Shown: piece by piece, positions 8,026 to 22,633 of the stretch | How positions within the stretch are numbered: position 1 is the first letter of the stretch | Layout of the letters: each line of letters opens with the position of its first letter | NCBI RefSeq assembly: GCF_006345805.1 | Contig: NC_043010.1 | Coordinates: forward strand, 6,014,001-6,078,000 | Direction: 5' to 3' | Source of the DNA: Octopus sinensis | Lineage: Eukaryota | Length of the DNA stretch: 64,000 nucleotides | The notes under the pieces: generated by a model | The model's database searches: none | The model's input: only the letters and a program-made list of their open reading frames with translations | What the model was told of the DNA's origin: nothing | Position numbers and translations under genes: made by a program

Positions 8026-11000
8026 TTAGACGTCTGTTGCAGACAGAGGAGGGAGTGGAGGTACCTGGGGTGATGAAGGTACCTTTGGTAGTGTTGTTAT
8101 TTTGGGTACAGCTGGCAGAGATGGTTTACAGTCTGAAGTAAACTGACTTTTCACTGGTACTGTAGAATGTTGTCCAGTTATGTTAGATGTGGTCCCAGTA
8201 ATAGTCAAAGGTGTTTGGTCAATCGAACAGGAAGTGTTATTATCGACATTAGGGTGATGGTGATATCCATATTTGTTATCTCCCCTTGATCTGTTGAGTG
8301 TGTTTTGAAGTTGATTTCTTCTATTCCATGTCTGGTCACTTTGGTAACGACACAGATCTAGAAAAAATATTAAGATTTTATATAAATTTATTTGCAATAA
8401 AAAAATTAAGCATTTGTTTCATGCATAAAATTATCCCAAATCTATGCAGGTTTACTCAAAACTTTGAATTTTTAATGAACAACTTGATAATTTATTGATA
8501 ATGAAGAATTTAATTAAATTCAGATGTTTTTCATTTTAACATTCTCATTTTTAATTAGGGATTAGTCTTCAGAAGGAGTTTTGGAAGAATAATATATGTG
8601 AATAAATTTCACGAGAACATTATATATATTGAATAGCTTGACCTATATCTTTTTAAAGATTTGCAAATGGACACTAATCATTAATTTATAATTAAATTTT
8701 AGTCGTGTATCTATGGAGATTGGTGGAATGAAAGCTTCCTAACTTGAAAATTAATGAATGGGTGAACAACAGAAAGAGCCACGAGGTGTAAAGCATTGCC
8801 TTAATATTTTACTCATCTGATTCATGCTAACATACGCAAAATGAATGTAAAACGAATGAACAAACTAGATATGTATTATTATATCATTAGGAAATATAAT
8901 ATTAAATTTAAAAGTTTCTTACATCTGAAGAAATTCTTGGTATTTTTATCTTACCTGGCAGTTCCTCATAATGTCCAGCACTACCAACACTCCAGCCATG
9001 ACCACTATCAGTGTGAGATGACAATGTTGACATCTCACTGAATTGGTCAGGATTGTTCAGTTCTCTGTAACCTGGAGACATACTTTCCTCTCTGGGAATA
9101 AAAATCTATAAATATAAACCCAATGGATCATCAAGATGTTCTGAACGTTCAAAAAAAGAAATATATCTCAAAGATTTAGACAATTCTAAGGAACCTTCAG
9201 TTGGGATGTTCATTTCTAATCATTGTATACTTTAAATTCTAAACTTTCTGAAGTCTTCAAGTAATTTCCTAGAAAGATGACCTCAAAACATCAGTCAGAA
9301 TATATATATAGGTAATCTTTAGTATATTTATTTACTCTGTCTCCAGGATATCTTAATCATCGCCATCTCAGAGTGCTATGACTTTTGAGTTTATAATATT
9401 CAAAGAAGCTTCAATTAGAAAGAAATAATCATATATTAATTTAGTTGCTCCAGTAAGCTAAGGATATGAACAATAACAAGCAGAGGTAATAATTCAATAT
9501 GAAATCAGCAGTCGAGTTTCAAACTAACTTTTCAAATTGTATCTGACAGTTTATTAGTATTACCCTAGTAACATAGGAAAACTATTCTACAGGTGAAAAT
9601 AGCAGACCTGTTTTATTCATGTCTAATGATGACTGCAATTGTACAGATAAGATTAGCAAGTGTCTAAAATACTGTGTATATAACATTCCTCCAACCATAA
9701 AGATTGTACATGTCAATAAATATTTGTTACTTCTTAATTCCCTATGCAGCATTCAGAAGATATTCTTCTAGGAATACCCAAAATTGAAAATAATGCAAAA
9801 ATACATTTGGAAAAGATTGATGAACAATAAAGGGAATGATTTAAAGGTAAAATAGTGAGAGTGGTCATCATCATCTTTTAACATCAGTTCTCCATGCTGA
9901 CATGGGATGGAGAGTAGGACAGGAGTTAGCTAGCCTTAGAGCTGTTCATGCTTCATCTCCCTATTTTTCTATAGTTTCTATGAAGAGACGACCATCGTAA
10001 CACCAACCACTTAACATGGTGGGTGCTTTTATACGGCCCCAACATGGGAACTGTTACGTAAAACCTCTATAGGCAATTTTACATGAAGCATGCAACAGCC
10101 ATTTTTTCCTTGATATTTCAAATAAATATAAGCAATTTACCTGTTCATGTCTGTTCAAAGTAAAATCGTTCCACTTATCACATGGCAAGGTTCTGCAGTA
10201 AGTATCTTCCCTATAAACCTTTGAGTCTTGAGATGGCTTCAGTTTTCTCGACATTGTGTACTGAACTCCAGGAGGAACACAGGTAGGATCAAATATATAT
10301 TTCGATTGCGTGTTTAATGCAGGTGTAACCTTGTGGTACATATCAACACTGTTGTTATAGTTGTTGTCTGTCTGATTCAGTCTATGAACTATACAGATCG
10401 ATATAGAGATCACTATGACAACTGATACGATCACAGCTGCTATAACAATAACAATCATCACATTCAATTGGAGACCATTACTTGATTCTGTTGTTGTCTT
10501 TGAAGGGGTCTTAAATATCTTTGATGTGTTCTTACTAACTGTGAGAGTCAAAGACAAAGTTGTTGTCGATGACAGAACTGGACTGCCACTGTCTTTCACA
10601 CCTAATTCCAGTTCATAGAATCCAGCATCATTTTGGTAAAGTGAGCGAGAGAAAGATAAGACACCAGAGTGATGGTTCATTTGAAATAAGTGTTTCTCAT
10701 TACCTCTGAGTATTTCATATGTGAGGAAGGCATTGTGTTGACTGTCTCTGTCAGAGGCCCTAACAACTGTGATATCATGGTCAGAGTGGGGATGGTAGTG
10801 GACATTAAGACTGAAAGGGTCAACATTAGGGAAACTGAAATAGGGAGCATTATCATTTAAATCCATAACCTCAACAACAACATTTGCTCTCTTCTCCAGT
10901 GATGGTGTTCCTTTATCTTTTACTAAAACCTTAAACTCATACAAGTTCTTTTCTTCTCTGTCTAGGGACTCAGTTGTGGAAATGAATCCCACATCAGATA

Positions 11001-12528
11001 TCTGAAATGGTAGAATATCTTTTCCATTAGATAATAGAGAATAGGTTAATTGTCCTCCATCTCCAATATCTGGGTCTGTGGCATTGACATATCCAACAGG
11101 GAAGTCTTTGTGTTCATTTTCATAGGTGAGAAACTTAAATATGTCCTGACTAAACTGAGGTTGTACATCATTTATGTCAGTAACCAGCATTGAAAACTGT
11201 TTCTCTACTTTCAATGGAGGTAAACCCTTATCTTGACATTTAATGGTGAAATTAAAGCTCTTTTCTCTTTCTCTGTCTATTTTACTCTTGACAACAACTT
11301 TGTATTTCTTTTCAGACTCTGAGATTAGCTGAAGATATCTATTTTGTAAATGACACTTCACTTGTCCATTTTCTCCATTGTCATTGTCAATAACATTGAC
11401 ATAAGCAACAAAACTCTGAATTTGTGTTCCTTCAGAGATGACAGCTTTTTTTCCAGTTGACTTAACAAAAAATTTGAAGTCAATGTTTGGTGGATTATTC
11501 AAATGAGTGACACCATTTATAAGGACAATGGCTGTTGAAAACATAGGTATTTTACCATTATCTCTAGCTTCAACAAGCAATTTATATATCCTTCCAAATT
11601 GAAATTCTTTCTTTAGAAACAAATATCCAGTTACTTCATCTAATCTGAAACACTTCATGGCATATGTTGATGTTTTGCTATTGAAGACGTAAGATATTAA
11701 TCCATTTTCTCCTTCATCTAAATCTGTAGCCAACAGCTTTGCAATAGGTTTGTTTAACTGGTGTGTGTCATTTACAGTGACATTATAAGTATTTTGGGAG
11801 AACACAGGGAAATTATCATTAATATCTTTAATAATTATTTTTATATGAAGTACACCTTTTTTCTGTGGTGATCCATTATCTCTGGCATTTAGCTGAATTT
11901 CATAAATGCTTTTTGTCTCACGATCTAAGATATTTTCTAGATTGAGTTGCAATAAATCAGATCCATCCAATTTTTTAGAAACAATCAATTTAAAAGGAGT
12001 ATTTAAATTTTCAATCTCATATGTGATTCTGGAATTCTGAATACTGACATCATTATCAATGGCATTTGGAATTATTTGCTTGGTTCCTATTAGATCATTT
12101 TCATCAAATTTTAAATGAAATTCCTTTTTTGGAAATTTGGGGGAATTATCATTAACATCTTCTATTATAACTTTGAGTTTTAATATCTTAATAACAGAAT
12201 AGCCATGTTGAACAGTTATTTCCAATATTCTGAAACATTCCACATTATATTGACACAGAATTTCTGCATCCAATATGGCAGCAGTGTACAGTTGTCCTCC
12301 CTGTGTAACATTAAATAACTGAGCTGTTTCATCACTACTTCCCTGAACAACATTAAACATCAGTTTGCTGTTATCGTCAAGAGATGGTACAGTATCCAAT
12401 AAGTGTGTATCAGTGACAATATCTCCAATAAAGCTGTGTATATCATTGTTCTCTTTCACATGGTAGGTATGATCCACACACCAACAATTGTTAACCATTA
12501 ACAACACCAACCAAAGTATGTATAACAT
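8026..12528 (-). CDS. Pcdh: Protocadherin gene 2, about 956 aa; coding exons 12528-10141, 9105-8955, 8357-8026
   Basis: Close paralog of gene 1 with the same exon sizes (2388/151/332 nt), canonical GT-AG sites and an open frame. Confidence 0.93.
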
Positions 12529-12919
12529 GGTTACAGTCTACAATTCTGTTACAAGGAAATATATGTATAATGTTATTGAAACCTATGAAATAATGACTTC
12601 TGGAATATTTTCTTCTGTTATCACCTGTAAACATATGAAACATAAAAGCTAATTATGCATTAACAAAGATGAAGTGATCTAGAAAATTCACATCACTGAA
12701 AACTGGTAGCAATACAAAATTTTACCAACATATTGCAAGGTGTGTCAAAAAATCTACATTATCATTCCATTCTGTCTATTTATATGCATTTGATAGAATT
12801 TTATGACATTTTCCTCCTACACAAATAATTTACGTTTTGGTGTGTAAAAATGTTACATCAATTGTATCATCTCTTTTCTTAAATTTTCAGCACTTCAAGA
12901 ACCTAATTTTGAATTCCTC

Positions 12920-14560
12920 TATGACTGCTTTGCTTGTGGTTTGGCTGAGGTGAGTCACAATCGGAAATTTGGAGAAGTAGTCACAAATGAGCAGGTAAGT
13001 TTTGCCGTTGATTTCAAATAGATCTGTTCCTAGATTTTTTTTATGGGTCACTGGGAACGTCATGAGGTATCAGTGGCTCTCTGTTGTTGGTATTTGCAAA
13101 TTCTTGGCGTATTTGACAGGATCTGCACATTTCTTCGATGTTTTTGTTGATGTTTGTCCAAATAGACACCTTCACGAGAGTGAAGTTTGGTCTTTTTCTA
13201 TCCCTTGATGAGAGGCATGGAGCTGTACTAGAATGTCATGTTGTAGAGGAGGAGGAGGTATCAACATTAGTGTCCCTTTGAAGATGATTCCATTTCCTAC
13301 AGCCAATTCGTCTCGAAAAGACCAGTGTGTCTTTATTTCATCAGGGTCTTGTTTGATGTTGTCTGGCCACCCACAGATGATTGCTTCCATCAGTGTAGCC
13401 AAAGCAAAATCTCTGCTGGGGAACTCACGCAGTTGGTAATGTTTGATGATGGAAAACTGACAAAGTCAATTTGATTCCATTCACTCTCAAATCAAGGTCA
13501 ATGTCTTTATTGCCTTCATGGCTTGGGAGGCAAGACAGAGTGTTGGTCAACGTCATGGTATGTCCTGGGTGGTATTTGATCTTGGAATCATATCCTTGTA
13601 TTTTCTGAAGCATCCTTTGTAGTCAGGGTGGTGCTCAAAGAAGGCATTTTTTTGCTATCACCTCCAGGGGTTTGTGGTCTGTGATGACTTCAAACAGATA
13701 TCTATAGAGTTGTGTGTGGAAATGGGTGATTCCAAATACTACAGTCAAACTACCCAAACATCGATCATGAAATGCTGGCTGAGTTTTGTCAAGGGCTTTC
13801 TATGCAAATGCCACAGGTTTGCTATCTTGTACAATAGCTGCCCCAAGTCCTTTCAAAGAGCTGTCTACCTCAAGTCATGTCTTTTTCTTTAGGTTAAAGA
13901 ACCAGATGTTTGATTTCTCTGAAATGGTTGATTTAATTTTTCCAAAGCAGTGTATGTGGTCTTCAGACAAATGGTATATTTTTCTTGAGGAGTTCCCTTA
14001 TTGGTTGTGATTCCATGCTGAAGTTTGGAATGAATGTTGCAAATTAATTCATCATTCACAAAAACTTTTGTAGCTCTTCCTTGTTTTCTGGAACACACAG
14101 GTTTCAAATGTCATAAATACTTGCTGGGTCTGGCCTGATGCCATCTTTGGAATAAATATTTCCAAAGAAAGAGATTTCAAGTTGATGAATGTGGCATTAG
14201 TCCTAGCTTGAATACCAATCCAGATTCCTTTGCTTTTTCCATGAGTCTTTGTAAATTTCTGTCATGCTCTTCTTCATCTTGCCATGGACAGCGATGTCAT
14301 CATTTATTGCAACAACCCCAGTTCGAAAGATATTGTGAGATGCTTTCAGACCAAATGACAATTTAGTCCAACAATATCTTCCAAATGGGGTCCTGAAGGT
14401 TGTGAGCAGCTGACACTCTTCATCCAAATGAACTGACCAGTATCCTGCTTTTACATCTAGTCTCCCGAAAAAACTAGAACCAGCAAACTGAAGGTCCTTT
14501 TATCTTTTACTGGTTTCAATTATTGGACGGCAGCCCTACTAGGCACTCTCTAAATACTTA
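12920..14560 (-). mobile_element. Degenerate Ty3/gypsy LTR-retrotransposon pol remnant in the first intron of gene 2
   Basis: Broken minus-strand ORFs carry an RT segment (LLTTFRTPFGRY...DDIAVHG), an RNase H C-terminus (QGYDSKIKYHPG) and an integrase Zn-binding region (GWP...RDEL...GIIFKG...LHASHQGIEK). Confidence 0.8.
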
Positions 14561-15225
14561 TAACACATTCACTCTTTTACAATATTAATACTCCCCAACC
14601 ATTTTATTCCTAAAGTTATTAAGTTGCAGACTTTTAAAATGGGTCTCTGATTCATTGATATGGTTCGTTTCTAAGAGTCACAGTTACTGAGCCACATTCT
14701 GTAATTAACTATTCAATGAAAAGAAAGAAAAAGATAAATAATAACAGAACTTTAACTAAATGAGTTGTTGCCCTTTGATCCTGATAAAAAAAAAAAAGAT
14801 GTCTAACAGTCAAAGCTGAAGAATTAAATTTCTTCATCACATATACCTTCTAATTACTAATATTTAACATTTTTGTTATATTTAACATCGTTTTTCCATT
14901 AAACATTAGACATTCTAATCACAAACATTCAGTAATTTAGTGATTCACTGGAACAGTAAAATAAGAAATTTTAAAATTTAGTAAAATTATATCTTTCCTA
15001 AAATTTACCATTCTAGACGGTCTTTGAGAAATAATATTTATATTTTAGATTTGATGAATGGAAATCATGACAAGGTACAAATATCTGTGAAAAATTCTAA
15101 CAATAAGTAAACTTACTCTATTTTTACATCCTGTCTGTAACAGTAGAATGAACTTTTGATTAAATAAAAGATTTGAAAAATATACAAAAGATTACACAAC
15201 AGAATAAGTTCTAATAAGTACTTAC

Positions 15226-15465
15226 CAACAGGTATCAGTTATTTATATAGTTGTTGCTGTGCTGTTTCAGGGTTTTGGTAACAAAGTTATATCAGTAGCA
15301 GAAGTTCTGAGTAGTTTGGTATGTGACAGTGTTATGTAGTTCTATGGAGTTGGTTGTGTAGTATGTAATGTGTGTTGTAGCCAATGACAAGCTGTCTTTT
15401 ATTCCAGTGCAAGGAAACGGAAATACAGCCTCCAACTTTTGCAGTTAATGATGGACTGACTCACA
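15226..15465 (-). promoter_or_regulatory. Conserved promoter cassette + leader exon of gene 2
   Basis: Same block: CCAAT at ~15381, TGACTCA at 15457-15463, donor at 15226/15225. Confidence 0.8.
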
Positions 15466-16530
15466 GACTGGTTTACTTAACCCACACCCACTTACATATA
15501 TATATGTGAATGTGTGTTGGTACATAAATGAATAAGGAAGAAATGTCTAATGACTAGAAGGAAGTGGACAGGCAATAAATTCAGTATGGAAAATATTGAT
15601 TCAAAATAATGTTAATATAAATGTGTAAAAGTATAAGGAACCTAACTTTAGTAACTTTATGTTACAAACTGCACATAACTCTCAAAAAAGTTATCATGGA
15701 ACCAAGATAAAATTAATTCACATAAAAAATAAATATTTGGAAATATTATTATATTAATACAATAAAACAGCAGTGGAGTCACAAAGATAACATTTTAGAA
15801 AATACGAAACTATGGCTATCAATAAACTTGTTTATGTTCAGTAGAAATGTGTGAAGTAGAATACTGAAGAATAGCAGAATAAGAGAATGAGCAGAAAGAA
15901 TGATATTTACCAAACCTTTTGCATTTGTTAGGTTAAAGGGGTTTACTTCATTTTGGATTTCATATATTTCCTCAGAATTAATAATAATAATATTGAAGAA
16001 TTTCACAAAGAACAGAAGTGGAAGGCAACTACTAATAGAAATAACTTCTACAAACTACCATAGTAAAATATTCTGTAAATCTCAGATTTTCTAACAAAAC
16101 ATTAACATCTTGGAGCCTTCAAAGTGAACACTGATAGCATTACAGAATATAAATATAAGATTCTTAAGATTTACTATTTCAGAAATGGATTTGCAGAGAA
16201 GTTAGGATGTTGTATAAAATGTTTGCCGTATTTAGGTACAAATTATTATGCACTGTGCTAAAATTGCTATGAGATTAGATTTATTTTATCAATACAATAA
16301 ATGAGATTAAATACAAACCAAATAATTGGGTTGATTTACTGTAAATTAAAATCTAAAAACAGAATCTGAAAACTAACAGAAACTAATGAATGAAACATTA
16401 TTGATGCGTGTTCTACTATGAAATGAAATATTGTTTTGTTATTAATATTTTCTTTTAATGTATTCCTTACTGGAAATGTATTGCCTGTCTTGAAAAAATA
16501 CTGCTTTGCTATGTTCTTGAAATTATGCTA

Positions 16531-19500
16531 TTAGATGTCTGTTGCAGATAGAGGAGGGAGTGGAGGTACCTGGGGTGATGAAGGTACCTTTGGTAGTGTT
16601 GTTATTTTGGGTACAGCTGGCAGAGATGGTTTACAGTCTGAAGTAAACTGACTTTTCACTGGTACTGTAGAATGTTGTCCAGTTATGTTAGATGTGGTCC
16701 CAGAAATAGTCAAAGGTGTTTGGTCAATCGAACAGGAAGTGTTATTATCGACATTAGGGTGATGGTGATATCCATATTTGTTATCTCCCCTTGATCTGTT
16801 GAGTGTGTTTTGAAGTTGATTTCTTCTATTCCATGTTTGGTCACTTTGGTAACGACACAGATCTAAAAAATAATGAGTTTGTAGATGAATTTACTTTGCA
16901 ATCAACAATTAACCTCATTAATATTTCATTCATGCATAAAATTATTCTCCCTCTGTGTAGGTTTGTTCAAAAGTTTGTATTTCTTATCAACAGTTTGATA
17001 ATTTATTGATAATGAAGAATTTAATTAGATTCAGATGTTACTAATATTTACATTGTATTTCTTGATTATGGTCAGTTCTGAGAAGGAAGTTTGGAAGAAA
17101 AACTGACATGAATAAATTTTAGTAGAACTTCTTAGAGAACCAACATCTTAACATGAATATTTTATAGTGTGAGAAAAGAACAATAATCAATAATTTGAAA
17201 TTATATTGTAGTCTTGTACTTTTTGGGATTGGTGGAATGAAAGCTCCCTTGTTTAAAAAGCAATGAAAGCTTATCAACAGAAAGATCTCTTGGAATAAAG
17301 CATTGCCTTAATATACTGCTCATGTTAGCATTAGAAAAATGAACATAAAATGACTTATGTTAGCAAAAGAATAATGAACATAAAATTAACAAATTAAATT
17401 AAGTTAAATATATGTATTACACTCTCATTAGGAAATATAATATTTAATTTAAAAGTTTCTTACATCTGTAGATATGCTATTTCTAACTTACCTGGCAGTT
17501 CCTCATAATGCCCGGCACTACCAACACTCCAGCCATGACCACTATCAGTTTGAGATGACAATGTTGACATCTCGTTAAATTGGTCAACACTGTTTAGTTC
17601 TCTGTAACCAGGAGACATACTTTCTTCTCTTGGAACAAATATCTGAAAATATAAATCCAATAGACCATCATAATGTTATTAAAATAGAATCCATAAATTT
17701 AAAAGCAATTTTTAAAAAACCTTCAGTTAGGACATTATTTTATATCTTAACTTTGCAACAGATTACTTGTACCAAATCTAGAAATTAGACACAAATCAGC
17801 AATCAGAATATTGAAGCAATTCATAGGGTATTTTACATTCTTTGTCTACAAGATATCTTCAACGTCACCATCTCTTAACAAAGATAACTGTGACTCAAGT
17901 TTGTAATATCTGAACAAGCTTACAATAGTTTGTTAGAATCGTACATTAAATAATTTAGTTAGCATAGTAAACTGAGGATATCAATAATATTGAACAGAGT
18001 AAGTAATTGAATACCAAAACAGCATTCAAATTTTTAAGTATCTTTTAAAATTGTATGTGAGTGATCACTAATAGAAGTTATTATCCAAGCAATATAGGAA
18101 TGCCTTTCTGCAGATGTTCAGTGACGGAAGACGCTAGTGAAGATGCCAACACTTTAATGACTGGAACAAGTCATTAATCCATTGGCTGGGAAATTTCCCT
18201 GGTGCAGTAACTAACAACAACACATGTGTGTCTGTGTGTGAACAGCTTCATATCCATGGTTTTATTCAAATGCATAACAAACGAATTCATACTGTGAGTA
18301 CACAATGCTCAATAAAGTTATTTGGGATTGAAGTAAAAGATTCTGAACATCTTGCCATGTTCCATGATGAGAGTGAGAAAATAGGAGGAACTCAATCTAC
18401 AAAAATTACTTTCAGACAGGCACTAGGCATAGAATACCATAGCAAGTTGCTGGTAGAAAAAACTATTGAATCCATGTGCCTGGCTCTCTCTCCAATGTTT
18501 GATCTAGTAAAGTCTTAGAGAAAAAAAAGAGAAATTCAATTGGAATTTGCTCTTAAGTTGGCGATATTGCTTCTAACACCTTCCTGCATGTGGTTTAGCA
18601 GTTATACCTCGTATGCTAGCAAAGAGGGAATTAACCAATGTTTGCTTGGAATGTTCTAGAACATTCGACAAGAAAGACAGCTGTAGTTGATTCCCAACGA
18701 ATATTTTGCAGGCTACGAACCTGTTTCAAATAGCGTTGCCTACAGATGAAAATAGCAAACATGTTTTATTCACATCTATAGTTTACTGTAATTGGGTATA
18801 TATGAGAACTCTAGTACAGCTAAGAAAATTATCAATTATTTAATATACTGTGAATATAATATTCCTCTGACATTAAAGATAATTTGTGGGAGTCGAAAAA
18901 TTTGTATCTTCTCAATTTCCTTTGCAGTATTCATATGGTGCTTCTCTTCAAAGAACTAACTGTAAAATGTATGAAAATATATAGCAGACACAGCTACGTT
19001 AGAGAGAACAAATTAAATGCTTAATAGAGTGAGTTGTATACAAGGAGAACAATTTCAAAATATTTACTTAAGATGATTGCTCTGAAATAAACATAAAACA
19101 GTTTTATTTCATGCAGGAACACATGGTCAGAATAAACATTTCCAAATAATCTAAGTAACTCACCTGTTGAGGTCTTTTTAAAGTCAGATCATTCCATCTA
19201 TCAGCTGACATATTTCTGCAGTAAATACCTTCCCTGTCTTCAATTGGTTGTTGAGATGACTTCAGATTCCTCTCCATTGTGCACTGAACCCCAGGAGGAA
19301 CACAAGTAGGATCAAATATATATTTCGATTGGATGTTTAATGCAGGTGTAACCTTGTGGTACATATCAACACTGTTGTTATAGTTGTTGTCTGTCTGCTT
19401 CAGTCTATGAACTATACAGATCGATATAGAGATCACTATGACAACTGATACGATCACAGCTGCTATAACAATAACAATCATCACATTCAATTGGAGACCA

Positions 19501-21554
19501 TTACTTGATTCTGTTGTTGTCTTTGAAGGGGTCTTAAATATCTTTGATGTGGTGTTACTAACTGTTAGAGTCAAAGACAAAGTTGTTGTCGATGACAGAA
19601 CTGGACTGCCACTGTCTTTCACACCTAATTCCAGTTCATAGAATCCAGCATCATTTTGGTAAAGTGAGCGAGAGAAAGATAAGACACCAGAGTGATGGTT
19701 CATTTGAAATAAGTGTTTCTCATTACCTCTGAGTATTTCATATGTGAGGAAGGCATTGTGTTGACTGTCTCTGTCAGAGGCCCTAACAACTGTGATATCA
19801 TGGTCAGAGTGGGGATGGTAGTGGACATTAAGAGTGAAAGGGTCAACATTAGGGAAACTGAAATAGGGAGCATTATCATTTAAATCCATAACCTCAACAA
19901 CAACATTTGCTCTCTTCTCCAGTGATGGTGTTCCTTTATCTTTTACTAAAACCTTAAACTCATACAAGTTCTTTTCTTCTCTGTCTAGGGACTCAGTTGT
20001 GGAAATGAATCCCACATCAGATATCTGAAATGGTAGAATATCTTTTCCATTAGATAATAGAGAATAGGTTAATTGTCCTCCATCTCCAATATCTGGGTCT
20101 GTGGCATTGACATATCCAACAGGGAAGTCTTTGTGTTCATTTTCATAGGTGAGAAACTTAAATATGTCCTGACTAAACTGAGGTTGTACATCATTTATGT
20201 CAGTAACCAGCATAGAAAACTGTTTCTCTACTTTCAATGGAGGTAAACCATTATCTTGACATTTAATGGTGAAATTAAATCTCTTCTCACTCTCTCTATC
20301 TATTTCACTCTTGACAACAACTTTGTATGTCTTTCCAGACATTGAAATAAGCTGAAGATATCTATTTTGTAAATGGCACTTCACTTGTCCATTTACTCCA
20401 TTGTCATTGTCAATAACTTTGACAAAAGCAACAAAACTGCCAATTTTAGATGCTTCTGAGATGACAGCTGTGTTTCCAGTTGACTTAATGACAAATTTGA
20501 AGTCAATGTTTGGTGGATTGTTAAGATGACTGACACCATTTACCAGAACAGTAGCTCTTGAAATTCTGCGAGGAATACCATTATCTTTGGCTTCAATAAA
20601 TAATTTATATAATTTTCCAAACTTATATTCTTTTGTCATAAATAATTCTCCAGTTACTTTATCTAATCTGAACAGAGTTTTAATCTTTTCTGGTGTTTTA
20701 GAACTGATTATGTATGAAATTCTCCCATTCTCTCCCTCATCCATGTCTGTAGCAGAAAAATTTAATATAGGTTTGTTTATTTGGTATGTATCATTTACAT
20801 TTATATTGTAGGTACTCTGAGAGAATACAGGTGAGTTATCATTTTTATCTTTCACTAAGATATTTATATCCATTACACCTTCCTTTGGTGGTGTTCCACC
20901 ATCTGTAGCAACTAGTTGGATATGATAATTAGATTTTGTCTCTCGGTCTAGATTCTTTTCCAGAACTAGCTCAAGTAAATTAGTTTCACTTAAATCTTGT
21001 GATAAGACCAATTTAAAAGGAATATCTTCATCCTCTTTCAATTTATAATTGATCTTTGTGTTCTGAATACTGACATCTTTGTCAATGGCATTTGGAAGTG
21101 TTTCTTTTCTTCCTTTTGCTGCACTTTCATCAAACTGTATATTAAATTCTTTGTTTGGGAAAATGGGAGAATTATCATTGGCATCTTCTATCATAACTTT
21201 GATTTCCAATATTTTGAGAAAAGAATGGCCATGCTGAACTGCGATTTCCAATACCCTGAAGCATACCACATTATATTGACAAAGAATTTCTGCATCCAAT
21301 ATGGCAGCTGTGTGCAGTTGTCCTCCAGGTGTAACATTAAACAACTGAACACTTCCATCTGTATTACCCTGAAGTACTTTAAATTTCAGTTTGTTGCTAT
21401 TATCCTGAGACTGTATATTATCCAGTAAGTGTGTATCAGTGACAATATCTCCAATATAACTGTTTAAATCATTGTTCTCTTTCACATGATAAATATGATC
21501 CACACACCAGGAGCTCTCAGCCATCAACAGCACCAACAATACCATTGACAACAT
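16531..21554 (-). CDS. Pcdh: Protocadherin gene 3, about 957 aa; coding exons 21554-19164, 17642-17492, 16862-16531
   Basis: Acceptor TTTCAG|ATT at 21588 places the likely start at ATG 21554 (MLSMVLLVLL signal peptide), not 21656. Donor CAG|GTGAGT at 19164; 151-nt exon; terminal exon nearly identical to those of genes 1 and 2. Confidence 0.92.
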
Positions 21555-21777
21555 GACTACAATCTTCAATTGTCTTTGATATATTAATCTGAAATGGAAA
21601 TAGATATATAGAGGATAACATCCAATATACAGAATATATCTAGATATTGCTTCCATACCAATACATCATAATTTATGTCAAAATATCAATTACCATCATT
21701 AAGTAGCATAAATTCTTGCAAAATTTTTTCTTATTGATCAGTGACAATGAGAATTGTGAAAATTTGATTACCAACTG

Positions 21778-21778
<1 letters not shown>

Positions 21779-21823
<45 letters not shown>

Positions 21824-21832
21824 TATATATAT
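21779..21832. repeat. (TA)n microsatellite
   Basis: Directly visible. Confidence 0.9.
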
Positions 21833-22633
21833 AAATGAAGTTCAATCTTGCTTGCTTGCTTGCTTGCTTACAATGTTACACAGCCAAACTGGTGCATAAA
21901 GGGAAAATACTCTGAAAATAATTTAACCCAGACAGGGAAGAAACTCTAACCTTTCCTTTAAACACATTATGATGGGCAAAATATTTTAACGTGAAAATGA
22001 CTTTTAAAATACGGTATTTTGTAAAAGATTCATTCGTAACCTTGGTGTGAAATAGTTTTTTTTCCATAGGTTTCTTTGAGTGTATTCAACATATCTCACC
22101 TCCAAAGATTTGGCTGCTATTCCTAGCACGCTTTACAACATAACAGCTATTTGCAATAAAGGACATAAAAAACCTGTTACATGGTAGCAGGGCATGCAAG
22201 AAATAGCAGCCAAATCTTTCCTTTTTCTGGGAAAAGGAGCTGTTTACGCCTGATTTCGATATCACATTCATTGAAAGCATGTGAAATAACATGGAAAAGA
22301 AAAAAATAACTCACAAAACAAAACTCCATTGCTGGGAAACTTGGAACTTCCCAGGTGACAGAACGGGTCACGGGTAGTCTAGTATATATATAATGCTTAT
22401 GTGTGCATTATGATGCAGGCATGGTGTTGTGGTTGAGAAGTTGATTTCCCAAACACACAGATCCCAATAAATGGTATCTTGGCCCATTGTCTTTTACAAT
22501 ATTCCTGAGCTCACCAAAGTCTTTTGATGGATTTAGGGAATGGAAACTGAAGGAAACCCATCATACGTGTGAGAGAGGGGGAGTGTGTGAGTGTGATTGC
22601 ATTTAAGTGGTGACATTTGTTATTTAAATATAC

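Larger units (their letters stand above)
1..12910. repeat. Recent tandem segmental duplication: 1-~5130 matches 7780-~12910, and ~6190-8360 matches ~14680-16865
   Basis: Intronic, UTR and intergenic sequence is near-identical at offsets of 7779 and about 8505 nt; the 3'UTR and terminal exon occur in three near-identical copies. Confidence 0.9.

Noticed and set aside
21555-21656. ORF-track starts at 21656, 35426 and 51419
   Set aside because: They lie upstream of or at TTTCAG acceptors (35426 is TTG). Downstream ATGs give proper signal peptides.
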